NCBI GenBank assembly: GCA_039795775.1
Contig: JBDKLC010000005.1
Coordinates: 89,905-153,904 of the forward strand
Length of the DNA stretch: 64,000 bases
Reading direction: 5' to 3'
Source: Candidatus Parcubacteria bacterium
GTDB lineage: Bacteria > Patescibacteriota > Minisyncoccia > Phycocordibacterales > CAIZLB01
Shown: piece by piece, positions 36,035-46,393 of the stretch
Layout: the number at the start of each line of letters is the position of its first letter
Numbering within the stretch: the first letter of the stretch is position 1
Position numbers and translations under genes: made by a program
Notes under the pieces: generated by a model
What the model was told of the DNA's origin: nothing
Database searches by the model: none
What the model saw: only the letters and a program-made list of their open reading frames with translations

Positions 36035-38980
36035 ATGAATACTGCTGAGGCCTTAACATTCCAGGAACGCTATAAAAAGCTCAATAAAGCCCAAAAACAG
36101 GCTGTAGATACGATTGAGGGACCTGTTCTTGTCGTAGCTGGCCCAGGAACTGGTAAGACAACTATTTTGACCCTCCGTATTGCCAATATTCTCCTTAAGA
36201 CAGACACACCACCATCTGGCATTTTAGCCATAACATTTACTGATGCTGGTGTAAAAGCAATGAAAGAAAAGCTCCGAGAAGTGATTGGTTCTCGAGCTGA
36301 TGAAGTACGCATTCATACATTCCATGGATTTGCCGCTGCCGTCATTGCTGAATTCAAAGATCATTTTGTGCATCTCCAAGATACACGACAAATGACTGAC
36401 ATCGATGCTGAAGCGTTGGTCCGAAGTATCCTCACGGGAGAAGATTTTGCACAATTGCGTCCGTTTGGTAATCCAGATTTTTATATTTATCCGCTCCTCA
36501 GTGGTATTCGAGATGCAAAGAAAGAAGCACTTTCACCGGAAGCGTTGCGACAATTTGCAAAAGATGAAATAGAACGAACAAAAAATGATGAGGAGTCTAT
36601 TTCTACACGAGGCGCCACAAAAGGCCAGCTTAAAGCTGATGCAAAAAAATATATCGAGAAATGTGAGAAGACATTGGTCTTTGCAGATGTGTATGAAGCA
36701 TATGAAGCTCAAAAGAAAGAAAGAAAATTGCTCGACTTTGATGATCTTATTTTTCAGCTGTTGCTCACATTAGGAAAAGATGAATTATTGCTGCGACTTC
36801 TTCAGGAAAAATTCTTATATATTTTGGTAGACGAACATCAAGATACAAACGACTCGCAGAACCTTATTGTCAAAGTGCTTGCAGATTTCTTTGAAAACCC
36901 AAACGTATTTATTGTGGGTGATGAAAAGCAAGCCATTTACCGATTCCAGGGTGCTTCAGTTGAGAACTTTTTGAGTTTTTCTAAACGTTGGAAAGGTATG
37001 ACGACAATTTCTCTTGAAGACAACTATCGGTCACACCAACATATTTTGGATGCAAGTTACAAGATGATTGAAAATAACTACAGCGAAGGCGAACACGAAC
37101 ATCTTCGTATCAAATTGTCATCTGGTGCATCACACAAAGAACGACCTATCGATGTAGTACAAGCCGCAGATGCAGAGACAGCAGAACAGTTTTTGGTAAA
37201 AGAGCTCAAGCGTATTGTGGCAGAAGAGCCTGAAAAAACAGTTTCAATTATTTCTAAAACAAATAGAGATGTAGAACGAGTGATTCGATTATGCCAATCA
37301 TATGGTGTACCTGTGTCTGCTGAGCGAAGCATCGATATTTTTTCTCATCCAGTAGGTATTGTGTTTTTCGCCCTCATTCAAGCCATTGTAGATCCGCTTG
37401 ATGGTGAAGCGTTAGGCAAGACTGTTATATCTGGTTTGTGGAATCTAAGCTTTCAACATACAGCACCATTTCTTAAACAACTTCGAAGTAAAGATATGAG
37501 TGCTGTCGATGAATTTGTGCCTAAGCTTTCACAGATTCGAAAAGAACTTCTCGGCGACAGTCCTATTTCATTTATCATGTACGCTGCAGACCAATCTGGA
37601 CTCACTGCACTTGTGGCTCGAGATCCCGCGTTTGTCGAAGTGTGGCGAGGTATTGTGAAGTTGTCAGAATCTATTTCACGACAAGAAGATATTCGAGATC
37701 CACGGTTGCTCATTGAAAAGTTGCTTGCGTACAAAACATCTGCAGAAACAAAAAGTGTGAAAGTAAAAATCGGCGTTCCAGAGGCTGGTGTAAAAGTGAT
37801 GACGGCTCATGGGTCAAAAGGATTGGAATTCGATTATGTGTTTATTCCATATGCCACAGAGGAATCGTGGTCGAGTCGTGCACAGCCCTCATATTTCGTT
37901 ATGCCATTTGAGCAACTATCAAAAGACGGTGATGATATCCGTGATGTTCGGCGACTCTTTTATGTAGCTCTTACACGAGCAAAGCAGCACGCAACTGTGC
38001 TCGTACCTATAGAAGATTCAGGTGGAGAGCTTCTCACACCTCTTCGTTTTGTTGATGAGCTTGATCAAAAGTCTGTTGAGCACATTCAGTTGGCAAAAGT
38101 AAAAAGTGAAGATGTGCTTGTAAAGACACACGTAGCATTTTCGAGTGAAGCACGTGATAAAGCTATTCATGAATTTGCTAAGCATATATTGCTTGAATCA
38201 GGATTATCTGTGACTGCGTTGAATCACTTTATTCAATGTCCAAGCAGTTTTGTATTCAAAAGTATTTTAAAAATTCCAGAAGCTCCTCATCCATCTGCCG
38301 AAAAAGGTATTGCTATGCACTTGGCATTCGATCGTATTTGGAAAGCAGAAGACAAGAGTTTGCAGAACATTCGTGCGATTTGTGAAAAGACAATCGTTGA
38401 GCATATCGACTCATCGTTGTTGTATAGCTATCAAAAAGAAGCTGTAAAGAAAGAGTTGCTCGAACAGGTACCAGACATGTGCGCCAGTTTGCTTGGACAT
38501 TTTGCTCAGAAGGGCGAAGTGTTTACTGAGGCCTGGACCAAAACTGACTTTGTTGGTGCATATGATGGTAAAGAGATTTCAATTCCAATTCATGGGAAGC
38601 TTGATGCTCTTATCGATGCGGTGACAGATGTGTATGTATACGACTACAAGACACGAGGAAAAATGAGTGTAAATCAGATCAAGGGTCTCACAAAAAGTTC
38701 AGATGGAAATTATTTCCGTCAGCTTGTGTTTTATAAGATGCTGCTCATGGATCAGTCAAAATATGCTGGCAAAAAGATTATTCCATCGCTTGTGTTTTTG
38801 ACACCAGATGAAAAGGGAAATTGTCATACTGAGACATTGCCTATTGAGGCTGAAGATATTGTGAAGGTGAAGACTGAGATACAGGCACTTATTCACGCTG
38901 TGTGGTCGGGTACATTGATTTCTGCCAATTGTGATGACACAAAGTGTGAGTGGTGCAATTTGAAGAAAGTCTTGGCATAG
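36035..38980 (+). CDS. UvrD/PcrA-family helicase fused to C-terminal RecB/Cas4-like PD-(D/E)XK nuclease with Cys cluster (AddA-like single chain)
   Basis: 981 aa. Walker A VVAGPGTGKT and motif II ILVDEHQDTN. C-terminal YVYDYKTRGK nuclease motif and CPSSF...CDDTKCEWC Cys cluster. TATAAT sits 6 nt before the ATG. Confidence 0.85.
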   Translation: MNTAEALTFQERYKKLNKAQKQAVDTIEGPVLVVAGPGTGKTTILTLRIANILLKTDTPPSGILAITFTDAGVKAMKEKLREVIGSRADEVRIHTFHGFAAAVIAEFKDHFVHLQDTRQMTDIDAEALVRSILTGEDFAQLRPFGNPDFYIYPLLSGIRDAKKEALSPEALRQFAKDEIERTKNDEESISTRGATKGQLKADAKKYIEKCEKTLVFADVYEAYEAQKKERKLLDFDDLIFQLLLTLGKDELLLRLLQEKFLYILVDEHQDTNDSQNLIVKVLADFFENPNVFIVGDEKQAIYRFQGASVENFLSFSKRWKGMTTISLEDNYRSHQHILDASYKMIENNYSEGEHEHLRIKLSSGASHKERPIDVVQAADAETAEQFLVKELKRIVAEEPEKTVSIISKTNRDVERVIRLCQSYGVPVSAERSIDIFSHPVGIVFFALIQAIVDPLDGEALGKTVISGLWNLSFQHTAPFLKQLRSKDMSAVDEFVPKLSQIRKELLGDSPISFIMYAADQSGLTALVARDPAFVEVWRGIVKLSESISRQEDIRDPRLLIEKLLAYKTSAETKSVKVKIGVPEAGVKVMTAHGSKGLEFDYVFIPYATEESWSSRAQPSYFVMPFEQLSKDGDDIRDVRRLFYVALTRAKQHATVLVPIEDSGGELLTPLRFVDELDQKSVEHIQLAKVKSEDVLVKTHVAFSSEARDKAIHEFAKHILLESGLSVTALNHFIQCPSSFVFKSILKIPEAPHPSAEKGIAMHLAFDRIWKAEDKSLQNIRAICEKTIVEHIDSSLLYSYQKEAVKKELLEQVPDMCASLLGHFAQKGEVFTEAWTKTDFVGAYDGKEISIPIHGKLDALIDAVTDVYVYDYKTRGKMSVNQIKGLTKSSDGNYFRQLVFYKMLLMDQSKYAGKKIIPSLVFLTPDEKGNCHTETLPIEAEDIVKVKTEIQALIHAVWSGTLISANCDDTKCEWCNLKKVLA

Positions 38981-39033
38981 TATGTTTTGTGTACAAAGTA
39001 AAAAGTAGGAAACTTTCACACTTTTAGATATAA

Positions 39034-39067
39034 AGAAAAAACAGATCCTTTCGGCTCTGTTTTTTCT
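39034..39067. terminator. bidirectional terminator
   Basis: AAAAAACAGAtcctttcggcTCTGTTTTTTC between convergent genes. Confidence 0.65.
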
Positions 39068-39098
39068 TATGCTTTCGCGATACCTGTTGAGTTTGAAA

Positions 39099-39800
39099 CT
39101 ACTTGAGGAATTGTTCTACAAGTGACTTAAGTGCTTCGTAAGGAATAGCTCCGAGACCCTGACCCTGTGCATCTACGATTGGGAAGGTCTGACCCTTAGC
39201 GAGTACAACTGTGTATGGTGTACCTCGTGCACCAGCCTTGAGACCCTCCTGGTATTGTTCTTCAATTTTTGTTGCAAACTTACCACTATCAAGACAAGTT
39301 TTAAATTTAGCCTGATCGAGACCTACAATTTTTGCTGTGTTGAGTAACTCAGCATCTTCGAGTCGGTTGTTTGATGGAGTAACTGAATAGATATGATCGA
39401 TATATTTCCAGAAAACTTCTTCACCTCCGAGTTCAGCAGCACACTCTGAAGCCTCAGCTTCTTTTCGTGCCTTTGGATGAATATCAAGTGGAAAGTGTCT
39501 GTATACCCAAGCTACATCTTTGCCATATGTTGTTACAATCTTTGAAAGACTTGCATGGAAACTTTTACAGAAAGGACATTCGAGATCTGAGTAGTCTATG
39601 ATGACAATTTTTGCATTCTTGTTGCCTCGGATGTGATCTGCAGCAGTCACTGGAGCAACTTCCGCTTTAAATGTATCTACTGATCCGATACCTGCTGGAG
39701 CTTTCGCTGGCTGTGTAGATGTTATGTAGATAGCGAAGGCGATGAGACCTCCTGCAATGATAATGGCGATGGGAACAATTAACTTATTCAGCTGATTCAT
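39099..39800 (-). CDS. DsbA-like thiol-disulfide oxidoreductase, membrane-anchored
   Basis: 233 aa. N-terminal TM. YSDLECPFCKSFH with a CPFC active site. Confidence 0.85.
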   Translation of the reverse strand: MNQLNKLIVPIAIIIAGGLIAFAIYITSTQPAKAPAGIGSVDTFKAEVAPVTAADHIRGNKNAKIVIIDYSDLECPFCKSFHASLSKIVTTYGKDVAWVYRHFPLDIHPKARKEAEASECAAELGGEEVFWKYIDHIYSVTPSNNRLEDAELLNTAKIVGLDQAKFKTCLDSGKFATKIEEQYQEGLKAGARGTPYTVVLAKGQTFPIVDAQGQGLGAIPYEALKSLVEQFLK

Positions 39801-39880
39801 GTTTAATTAAATTACTTTGCAAAATTATATGCATGCATTATATCACGCATTTGTTTGAATAAAACCAGCGAAAACTGTAG

Positions 39881-40456
39881 TTAGAAAGGAAGAGAGAAGG
39901 TCATTTTTGAATCTTCTTTCTGTTCCCAGTTTGTTGTGTCGATAGGGAATTCGATAATTTGTTCACCTTCTTTATACTTGAGCTTTTTGTTCGCCATAGC
40001 ATAGTCGTACACTTCTTTTGTGATTCGTACGTCTTCGATACAGTACTTGATGATTTTTTCGATTTCACCTTTTTTCCACCATTCGATTGCATCGAGTCCA
40101 TTGCCACCTTTGCCTTTGTTGAGGGTGCCTTGCGCGATGATACCTAGACCGATTCGATGACCGAGAGATTTTCGTACTTCTTTAAGAAGGTCGAGGCTCT
40201 TGAGCTTCATGAGATCACCTGGATAGTATTTGTTGAGAATAGGAAGGTCGAAGTGATCGCCGTTGAATGTAATGATAACGTCTGCCTTTTCAAGAATAGG
40301 CCAGAGCTTGCCGAGGTCTTCTTGAAGATAACTTGTGTATTGGTCTGTATCAGAGTCGTGAATACAAACAACAGAAATATCTAGAAGTGTAGGGTCAGCT
40401 TTACCAACTTCCTGAAATGTATTTCGGGTTTCAATGTCGAGTGTGATTTTTCTCAT
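39881..40456 (-). CDS. RNase H-like 3'-5' exonuclease (DEDD/DnaQ-like)
   Basis: 191 aa. LDIETRN (Exo I), FNGDHFDLPIL (Exo II) and YCIEDV (Exo III). Confidence 0.6.
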   Translation of the reverse strand: MRKITLDIETRNTFQEVGKADPTLLDISVVCIHDSDTDQYTSYLQEDLGKLWPILEKADVIITFNGDHFDLPILNKYYPGDLMKLKSLDLLKEVRKSLGHRIGLGIIAQGTLNKGKGGNGLDAIEWWKKGEIEKIIKYCIEDVRITKEVYDYAMANKKLKYKEGEQIIEFPIDTTNWEQKEDSKMTFSLPF

Positions 40457-40459
40457 GTA

Positions 40460-41731
40460 TTACTTTTTTATTTCTTGAACTTCCGCGCCTGTGACAATGT
40501 CTTTGATGATATATGTAGATTTTTCTGCTTCTTGTGAGCCAACAGGGATGATGTAAGGAATGCCTTGTTTTGTTGCAGATTTAATCTGGTCACCAAGAGA
40601 TTTGTAGGTGTAGTTGAGTGCAATGTTGATGTCTTTAGATCGAAGCTCTGCTGCAACTTTTTCAGCATAGTCTTTTGCATCTTCATCGAGAATACAGATC
40701 ATAGCGTCTGTTGTAGATCGATATGCCGGAATGAGATTTCGACTTTCGAGGAATGTCTGGATAGTCATATCACCCATACCAAATCCTACCGCTGATACTT
40801 TTTCATCTCCAAAGAGAGAAAGGAGTTCGTCGAATCGGCCACCACCGAAGATTGACCGGTTGTTTTCTGGGTTGGTATCAAATACTTCGAATACAATACC
40901 TGTGTAATAGTCGAACCCACGAATAAGAGTTTCATCGTACGAAACATTTTTGATGCCTCGAGCTTTGAGAGTATCGAGCACTATGTCGAGCTCTTCTTTT
41001 GCTTGTCGGATTTCTGGGAAGGCCATTGCCTCTGCGTAATCTGCACTACCATGACTGAGATTGAGGAACTCGAATGGTTCTCCAACAATCTTTTCGGCTT
41101 CTTCTGCAAATACTTCTGGAGGAAGTTTTGCTTTTTTGTCGATGAGCTTTTGCATCGCCTTTGTTTTTTGAGCGTCCATTTCAAACCAGTTGTTGAACAC
41201 AGCGTTCATAAGCTTTCGACTACTTACTTTGATTTCGAAGTCAGATTCTTGAGCGCCAAACGCTTTCATGATGTCGTGTGAAAGGGCAATGCATTCGATA
41301 TCTGCTTCAGATGAATCAATACCAAAGATGTCAGCATTGAGCTGCCAGAATTCTCGCCCTCGTCCTCGCTGAGGTCGCTGATATCGGAAGAAGTTTTGGA
41401 TAGAGTACCATCGCGCTGGGAAACCAATGTCTCGTCGCTTTGCAGCTACCATTCGAGCAACTGTTGGTGTCATTTCTGGTCGGAGTGTTACTTCTCGATC
41501 GCCACGGTCTACGAATGTGTATGTTTCTTCGTTTACAATTTCGTCACCAGACTTAGCTTTGTAGAGCTCTGATGGCTCAAGAATAGAAGCTGTATATTCA
41601 ACAAATCCGTATTTTTCTACAGCTTTTCGCCATATATCAAAGATATATTTTTGAACGGCCATGTCTTCTGGATAGAAGTCACGAACGCCTTTATATGGCT
41701 CTGTGCTCAATTTAGTGTTATTTTTACTCAT
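40460..41731 (-). CDS. hisS: histidyl-tRNA synthetase
   Basis: 423 aa. YKGVRDFYPEDM, class II motifs and a C-terminal anticodon-binding domain. Confidence 0.9.
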   Translation of the reverse strand: MSKNNTKLSTEPYKGVRDFYPEDMAVQKYIFDIWRKAVEKYGFVEYTASILEPSELYKAKSGDEIVNEETYTFVDRGDREVTLRPEMTPTVARMVAAKRRDIGFPARWYSIQNFFRYQRPQRGRGREFWQLNADIFGIDSSEADIECIALSHDIMKAFGAQESDFEIKVSSRKLMNAVFNNWFEMDAQKTKAMQKLIDKKAKLPPEVFAEEAEKIVGEPFEFLNLSHGSADYAEAMAFPEIRQAKEELDIVLDTLKARGIKNVSYDETLIRGFDYYTGIVFEVFDTNPENNRSIFGGGRFDELLSLFGDEKVSAVGFGMGDMTIQTFLESRNLIPAYRSTTDAMICILDEDAKDYAEKVAAELRSKDINIALNYTYKSLGDQIKSATKQGIPYIIPVGSQEAEKSTYIIKDIVTGAEVQEIKK

Positions 41732-41757
41732 GTAGATATCATTGTATCCTACCTCTT

Positions 41758-42558
41758 ATGACTAAACAATTCTCCAAAGAAGAACAATTTAATGGTGTAC
41801 TGAGCGTCTATAAGCGCCCTGGCGAGACGCCTTTGGAGTGCTTGAATAGGCTGCGAATAGAGCGACCTGAGTTTCAAGATGCCACATTGAGTTATGTGGG
41901 TAGATTGGACCCGTTGGCTTCAGGGGTGCTTTTGGTCGTTGCTGGTGACGAGAACAAAAAGCGAGATCAGTATTTGTCTCTTTCGAAGGAATATAAGATT
42001 GAAGTGTTGCTTGGTGTAGCTACGGATACATATGACGTGCTCGGCCTTATTACTGAGCACAAGATAGAATATCCTGCCGTAGATGAAGAACAGATAAAAA
42101 AAGTTTTAAATAAATATGTCGGAGAAATGTCTGTGCCATACCCAATGTACTCTTCGAAGCCCGTCGATGGAAAGCCTTTGTTTGCGTGGGCAAAAGAAGG
42201 TAAGAGTGATGAAGTGGACGTGCCTGAAACGAAGTTAAAGATTTCTTCAATTAGTTTTGATGGTGTACGAAGTGTTTCTTCTGAAGATATACATACATAT
42301 ATAAAAGAGTCAGTGAATGCCGTGAACGGTGATTTTAGACAAGATGCGATTTTAGGAAAGTGGAATGATTTTTTTGCGGATGATAAAACAAGAGTCGCGA
42401 CATTTACTGTCGTATCCTTGACGGTAAATTGTGAGAGTGGGTCTTATATGCGGTCACTTGCTGTAGAAATTGGAAAAGATATTGGAGCGCCTGCGTTGGC
42501 TTTGAAAATTGTGAGAACGAGAGTGGGGGAATATTGCGCCGAGAATTTTAATAAATAG
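41758..42558 (+). CDS. truB: tRNA pseudouridine(55) synthase
   Basis: 266 aa. GRLDPLASGVLLVVAG catalytic Asp motif. Confidence 0.85.
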   Translation: MTKQFSKEEQFNGVLSVYKRPGETPLECLNRLRIERPEFQDATLSYVGRLDPLASGVLLVVAGDENKKRDQYLSLSKEYKIEVLLGVATDTYDVLGLITEHKIEYPAVDEEQIKKVLNKYVGEMSVPYPMYSSKPVDGKPLFAWAKEGKSDEVDVPETKLKISSISFDGVRSVSSEDIHTYIKESVNAVNGDFRQDAILGKWNDFFADDKTRVATFTVVSLTVNCESGSYMRSLAVEIGKDIGAPALALKIVRTRVGEYCAENFNK

Positions 42559-42593
42559 TTTACATTTTCTTTAGCGTTTGTTTATAGCATGAG

Positions 42594-43667
42594 TTGTATA
42601 ACTTATGCATGAAAGAAGTAGAAGATGTCGCCGTATTTACACAAAATATTTTAAAAGAAGCACATGCACGTAAAGCTTCAGATATACATATTGATCCAAC
42701 GATTGACTCGATATTAATTCGATTTCGGATAGACGGAGTATTGAGGGAAGTATACAAAGTAAAAAGTAGGAATATTTCGGAAATTGTTGGACATATCAAG
42801 ATACTGTCTGGTTTGCGAATAGATGTACATGATAGAGCGCAAGATGGGCGCTTATTCTTACTGGTAGGCGAGACTCAAATTGATGTCCGAGTTTCAATCG
42901 TGCCGACCTTTTATGGAGAAAATATAGTTTTTCGTATTCTTGATCAACAGGTTAATAAAGATTTAAGTTTCGACGATTTAGGAATAGACGAATCTCAGCA
43001 ATCAGTTATTAATGAAAAAGTTTTTAAATCACAGGGTCTTATTTTAGTAGCAGGACCAACTGGTTCTGGAAAAACAACAACGCTGTATTCATTTATACAA
43101 AAGATTGCCAAGAGAGATCTGTGTGTCATTACCCTTGAAGATCCAATTGAATATTCAATACCTGGAATAAGACAAGTTCATGTAAGGCAAGAACGTGGCT
43201 TTACGTTTGCAAATGCTCTCAAAAGTATTTTGAGACAAGACCCTGATGTTGTCATGGTGGGAGAGATTCGTGACAAAGAAACAGCTCAAATTGTTATACA
43301 TACTGCTCTTACGGGTCATCTTGTTTTATCAACAATTCATGCGTCATCAGCGAGTGCTGTTATTTTAAGGTTATCAGAAATGGGGCTTGAGCCTTATCTT
43401 GTTGCAGCAACTCTTAGTCTTGTAATAAGTCAGAGACTAGCGAGAAAAATTGCAGAGTCAGGAGGTTATGCTGGGAGATTGGGCATTTTCGAAGTGGTAG
43501 GTATTAACGAAAAACTCAGAGAACTAATCATAAAGAATGTCTCTTCTGATGATTTAAAAAGAGAGATCGAGAGACAAGGTATTTTAAGTCTACTTCAAGA
43601 CGGGATAAAAAAAGTTGATCAAGGAAAGACATCATTAGAAGAATTGAAACGAGTCCTATATGAATAA
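42594..43667 (+). CDS. type IV pilus/type II secretion assembly ATPase (PilB/GspE family, N1 domain absent)
   Basis: 357 aa. ASDIHIDP..ILIRFRIDGVL N2 motif, Walker A LVAGPTGSGKTTT and Walker B VVMVGEIRD. Terminal ...TSLEELKRVL. Confidence 0.85.
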   Translation: MYNLCMKEVEDVAVFTQNILKEAHARKASDIHIDPTIDSILIRFRIDGVLREVYKVKSRNISEIVGHIKILSGLRIDVHDRAQDGRLFLLVGETQIDVRVSIVPTFYGENIVFRILDQQVNKDLSFDDLGIDESQQSVINEKVFKSQGLILVAGPTGSGKTTTLYSFIQKIAKRDLCVITLEDPIEYSIPGIRQVHVRQERGFTFANALKSILRQDPDVVMVGEIRDKETAQIVIHTALTGHLVLSTIHASSASAVILRLSEMGLEPYLVAATLSLVISQRLARKIAESGGYAGRLGIFEVVGINEKLRELIIKNVSSDDLKREIERQGILSLLQDGIKKVDQGKTSLEELKRVLYE

Positions 43668-44688
43668 ACAAAAAATAATCTTTCTTAAAAAACTCGCTTC
43701 ATTGCTTGAAATAGAAATGCCTATTCGAGAAGCTTTGAGTATTGCTGCAAAGAACAACAAAAATAAGTCGCTCGGTAGTGCGATTCAAAGACTTATACAA
43801 AGAGTAAATTTAGGTGAATCGCTTTCTGCTTCAATGAGCTATGATAGAGAGTTTTGGTACTCGTTAATTATTGCACTTGTATGGGCGGGAGAGCTTTCAT
43901 CCAAGTTACACCAACATCTGAGTGAAGCCGCGGATCTAATGGAAAAAAATCAAAAGTTTATTAAAAAAGTTATTTCAGCTTTAGTGTACCCTCTTGTTAT
44001 AGCTGTGGTGAGTATGGGACTTATTATTTTTTTACTTTTCTATATTTACCCAAAGATTATTCCAGTTCTTAACAGTCTCAACATTCCACTTCCTTTTACA
44101 ACAAAAGTTATTATCTATGTAAAACATATAATTGAGACATGTTGGTACATACCAGTATTTCTAGGAGTAGTTTGTTTTAGTCTTAGCCTTGTAAAACGTG
44201 TAAAGAATTACTATAAGGTAATTTTTCATACTATCGTTACTACCATGCCAGTTATCGGTAGTTTGTTTAAAACATACAATTTTTCAGTTGCGGCAAAGCA
44301 TATAGGTACCATCTCACCAACCGAAATAGGGCTTATTCAATCTATCGCTATGGCAAGTGAAGTCGTTACTGTTTTAGATGTGAAGGACGGCTTAATAAAA
44401 CTAATTACTTCATTACAAAAAGGTGAAAGTGTATCAAATAGTTTGATTGCTGATAAAAGGTTTCCTGATATTTGGCATGAATATTCATTTATAGGTGAAC
44501 GTACGAGTCGACTAAGTCTGATGTTTCTTAAAATATCTAATATACATGAACGGGAAGTGGAAGAAAAAGTTGAGTTATATAGTAAGTTTTTAGAGCCGTT
44601 ATTAATGGTTATTACAGGGGGTGTTGTTTTATTTATTGCACTTTCTATTATTGGCCCAATGTATTCAATTACACAGTATGTACAATAA
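43660..44688 (+). CDS. type IV pilus assembly platform protein PilC/GspF family
   Basis: 342 aa polytopic membrane protein with a T2SSF-like duplicated architecture. Overlaps the ATPase stop by 8 nt. Confidence 0.8.
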   Translation: MNKQKIIFLKKLASLLEIEMPIREALSIAAKNNKNKSLGSAIQRLIQRVNLGESLSASMSYDREFWYSLIIALVWAGELSSKLHQHLSEAADLMEKNQKFIKKVISALVYPLVIAVVSMGLIIFLLFYIYPKIIPVLNSLNIPLPFTTKVIIYVKHIIETCWYIPVFLGVVCFSLSLVKRVKNYYKVIFHTIVTTMPVIGSLFKTYNFSVAAKHIGTISPTEIGLIQSIAMASEVVTVLDVKDGLIKLITSLQKGESVSNSLIADKRFPDIWHEYSFIGERTSRLSLMFLKISNIHEREVEEKVELYSKFLEPLLMVITGGVVLFIALSIIGPMYSITQYVQ

Positions 44689-45940
44689 AAGAGGATTTAT
44701 GCTTATTGAAATTCTACTTGCATATGGTTTTTGGACATTCGTGTTTTTTACATTATTTTCTTTATGGACGGGTTTCTCATCAATGAGTGAACCGTTAGAC
44801 AAAGTACTTTCCAGTGTAAATAATTTATATGCGGCTACGTCAACGTACCAAAAATTTGTTGATAGAGAATTAAACTTGAAGACGTTCGAACGACTTCAAA
44901 ATCCAAGATATAAGATTCAATATATTGATACAGCGTGGCAAGACTCAATTGGCTCGAAAAGTTGTCGGGGACTAAACACAAATGAGCTAGTAGAAGATTA
45001 TTCATTGTCTTTGGGACTTGAAGAGAGAAATGAACTATCAGATGCATATATACGGAATAATACGTTATATGTTGTCACAAACTCGGCATCAACTTCAGAT
45101 CCTGACTTGTATATATTTAATATAGAAAATCCTCGTATTCCTCAGATGATCACATCAATTAATTCAGGACCAGGCCTATCAAGACTTATAGTTGCAGGAA
45201 ACACAGTCTTTGTTGCAGATACTAGCAGCATAAATCAAGTTCAGGCTTTTTCTTTCGTAGATGACACACTTAGTTTGAAATGGAAATATGCAGTTCCTGG
45301 TGCTCATTCTTCGACTTCCCCGATAACAAAACGAATATTTTATGCTTCAAAAAAACTTTATATTGGTACAGAAAAAACTGTTCTGCCTGAAATATATGTC
45401 GTCGATGTAAGTGGGCAGTTCCCACGTTTGTTAGCCTCTGCCGAGGTGGGTGCCTCAGTAAACGATATATTTGTAAAAAGAGATAATGTTTTTCTTTTAA
45501 CACCTTTAGACCTTGAAATCAAAGTGCTTGATGCAGTAAGTCTTACAGAAAAAACATCATATGATTCTGAAGGACATTTAGGAAATGGCAAAAGAATAGA
45601 TGCGTATAATGATGAACTACTGTTTGGACGCACTCTTGGGGGAGAAGAATTAGAACATTTATCAGTTGACTCTACTACACAGAATATTGTTCGGAATTAT
45701 TCATACAAATTAAAATCTTCAGTTGATGATATTGTTTCCTCAAAAGACTATATTTATGTTTTAACGGCAGATCAGCAAAAAGAACTTCAAGTATTTAAAA
45801 AAGATCAGGCCGCATTTGTTTATTCGTCTTCAGTTGACTTGCCTCAACGAGCAACGTCATTTACATGTTCACAAGACAAAATGTACGTTGTCCTACCGCA
45901 TGAAATAAAAGTATATAAAGCTAAAAATAAGTATGAATAG
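44678..45940 (+). CDS. large pilin-like protein with class III (prepilin) signal
   Basis: Real start is probably ATG 44678: MYNKRGFMLIEILLAYGF... (prepilin peptidase site G|FMLIE). The track ORF extends upstream to 44621. Confidence 0.65.
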   Translation: MYNKRGFMLIEILLAYGFWTFVFFTLFSLWTGFSSMSEPLDKVLSSVNNLYAATSTYQKFVDRELNLKTFERLQNPRYKIQYIDTAWQDSIGSKSCRGLNTNELVEDYSLSLGLEERNELSDAYIRNNTLYVVTNSASTSDPDLYIFNIENPRIPQMITSINSGPGLSRLIVAGNTVFVADTSSINQVQAFSFVDDTLSLKWKYAVPGAHSSTSPITKRIFYASKKLYIGTEKTVLPEIYVVDVSGQFPRLLASAEVGASVNDIFVKRDNVFLLTPLDLEIKVLDAVSLTEKTSYDSEGHLGNGKRIDAYNDELLFGRTLGGEELEHLSVDSTTQNIVRNYSYKLKSSVDDIVSSKDYIYVLTADQQKELQVFKKDQAAFVYSSSVDLPQRATSFTCSQDKMYVVLPHEIKVYKAKNKYE

Positions 45941-46361
45941 GGGATTCTCACTCGTCGAAGTTTTAGTATATGTAGCCCTCTTGAGTGCATTATGTCTGAG
46001 CACTGTCTTTATGACTATGCTTATTTACAAAAATAGTTTAGAGCTAAAGGTAGCGACTTCAACCAATCAAGATTTATTATTCATTACAACGTATATCCAA
46101 GAATTTATGAGTATGTCGTCGTCAGTAAGAATTGAAAATAACGAAACTACTTCTAAGTTACTAATTACTCTACAAAATACCGAAATAGATATTTATGAAA
46201 AAGATGGTTTTTTGACTGCATCTCGAGCCGAGAAAGAATGGAAGATCCTTCCTAATACAAGTATTGAAAAAGCCGTATTTAGTGTTAAAAGTTACGACAC
46301 TTTCGACTTGCAACTTAAATTAAACAGTCAAAATTTCACTATTACAGTACGCACTATTTAA
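45933..46361 (+). CDS. pseudopilin/minor pilin with prepilin-type N-terminus
   Basis: MNRGFSLVEVLVYVALLSAL (G|FSLVE). 142 aa. Confidence 0.7.
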   Translation: MNRGFSLVEVLVYVALLSALCLSTVFMTMLIYKNSLELKVATSTNQDLLFITTYIQEFMSMSSSVRIENNETTSKLLITLQNTEIDIYEKDGFLTASRAEKEWKILPNTSIEKAVFSVKSYDTFDLQLKLNSQNFTITVRTI

Positions 46362-46393
46362 AATATTCTCTTCAATGATATAATTATCTCAAC

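Noticed and set aside
44621-44677. Upstream extension of the pilin ORF proposed by the ORF track
   Set aside because: The prepilin leader must be short and positively charged before G|F. ATG at 44678 (MYNKRGF|MLIEIL) satisfies this. The 19-codon extension overlaps the pilC end.
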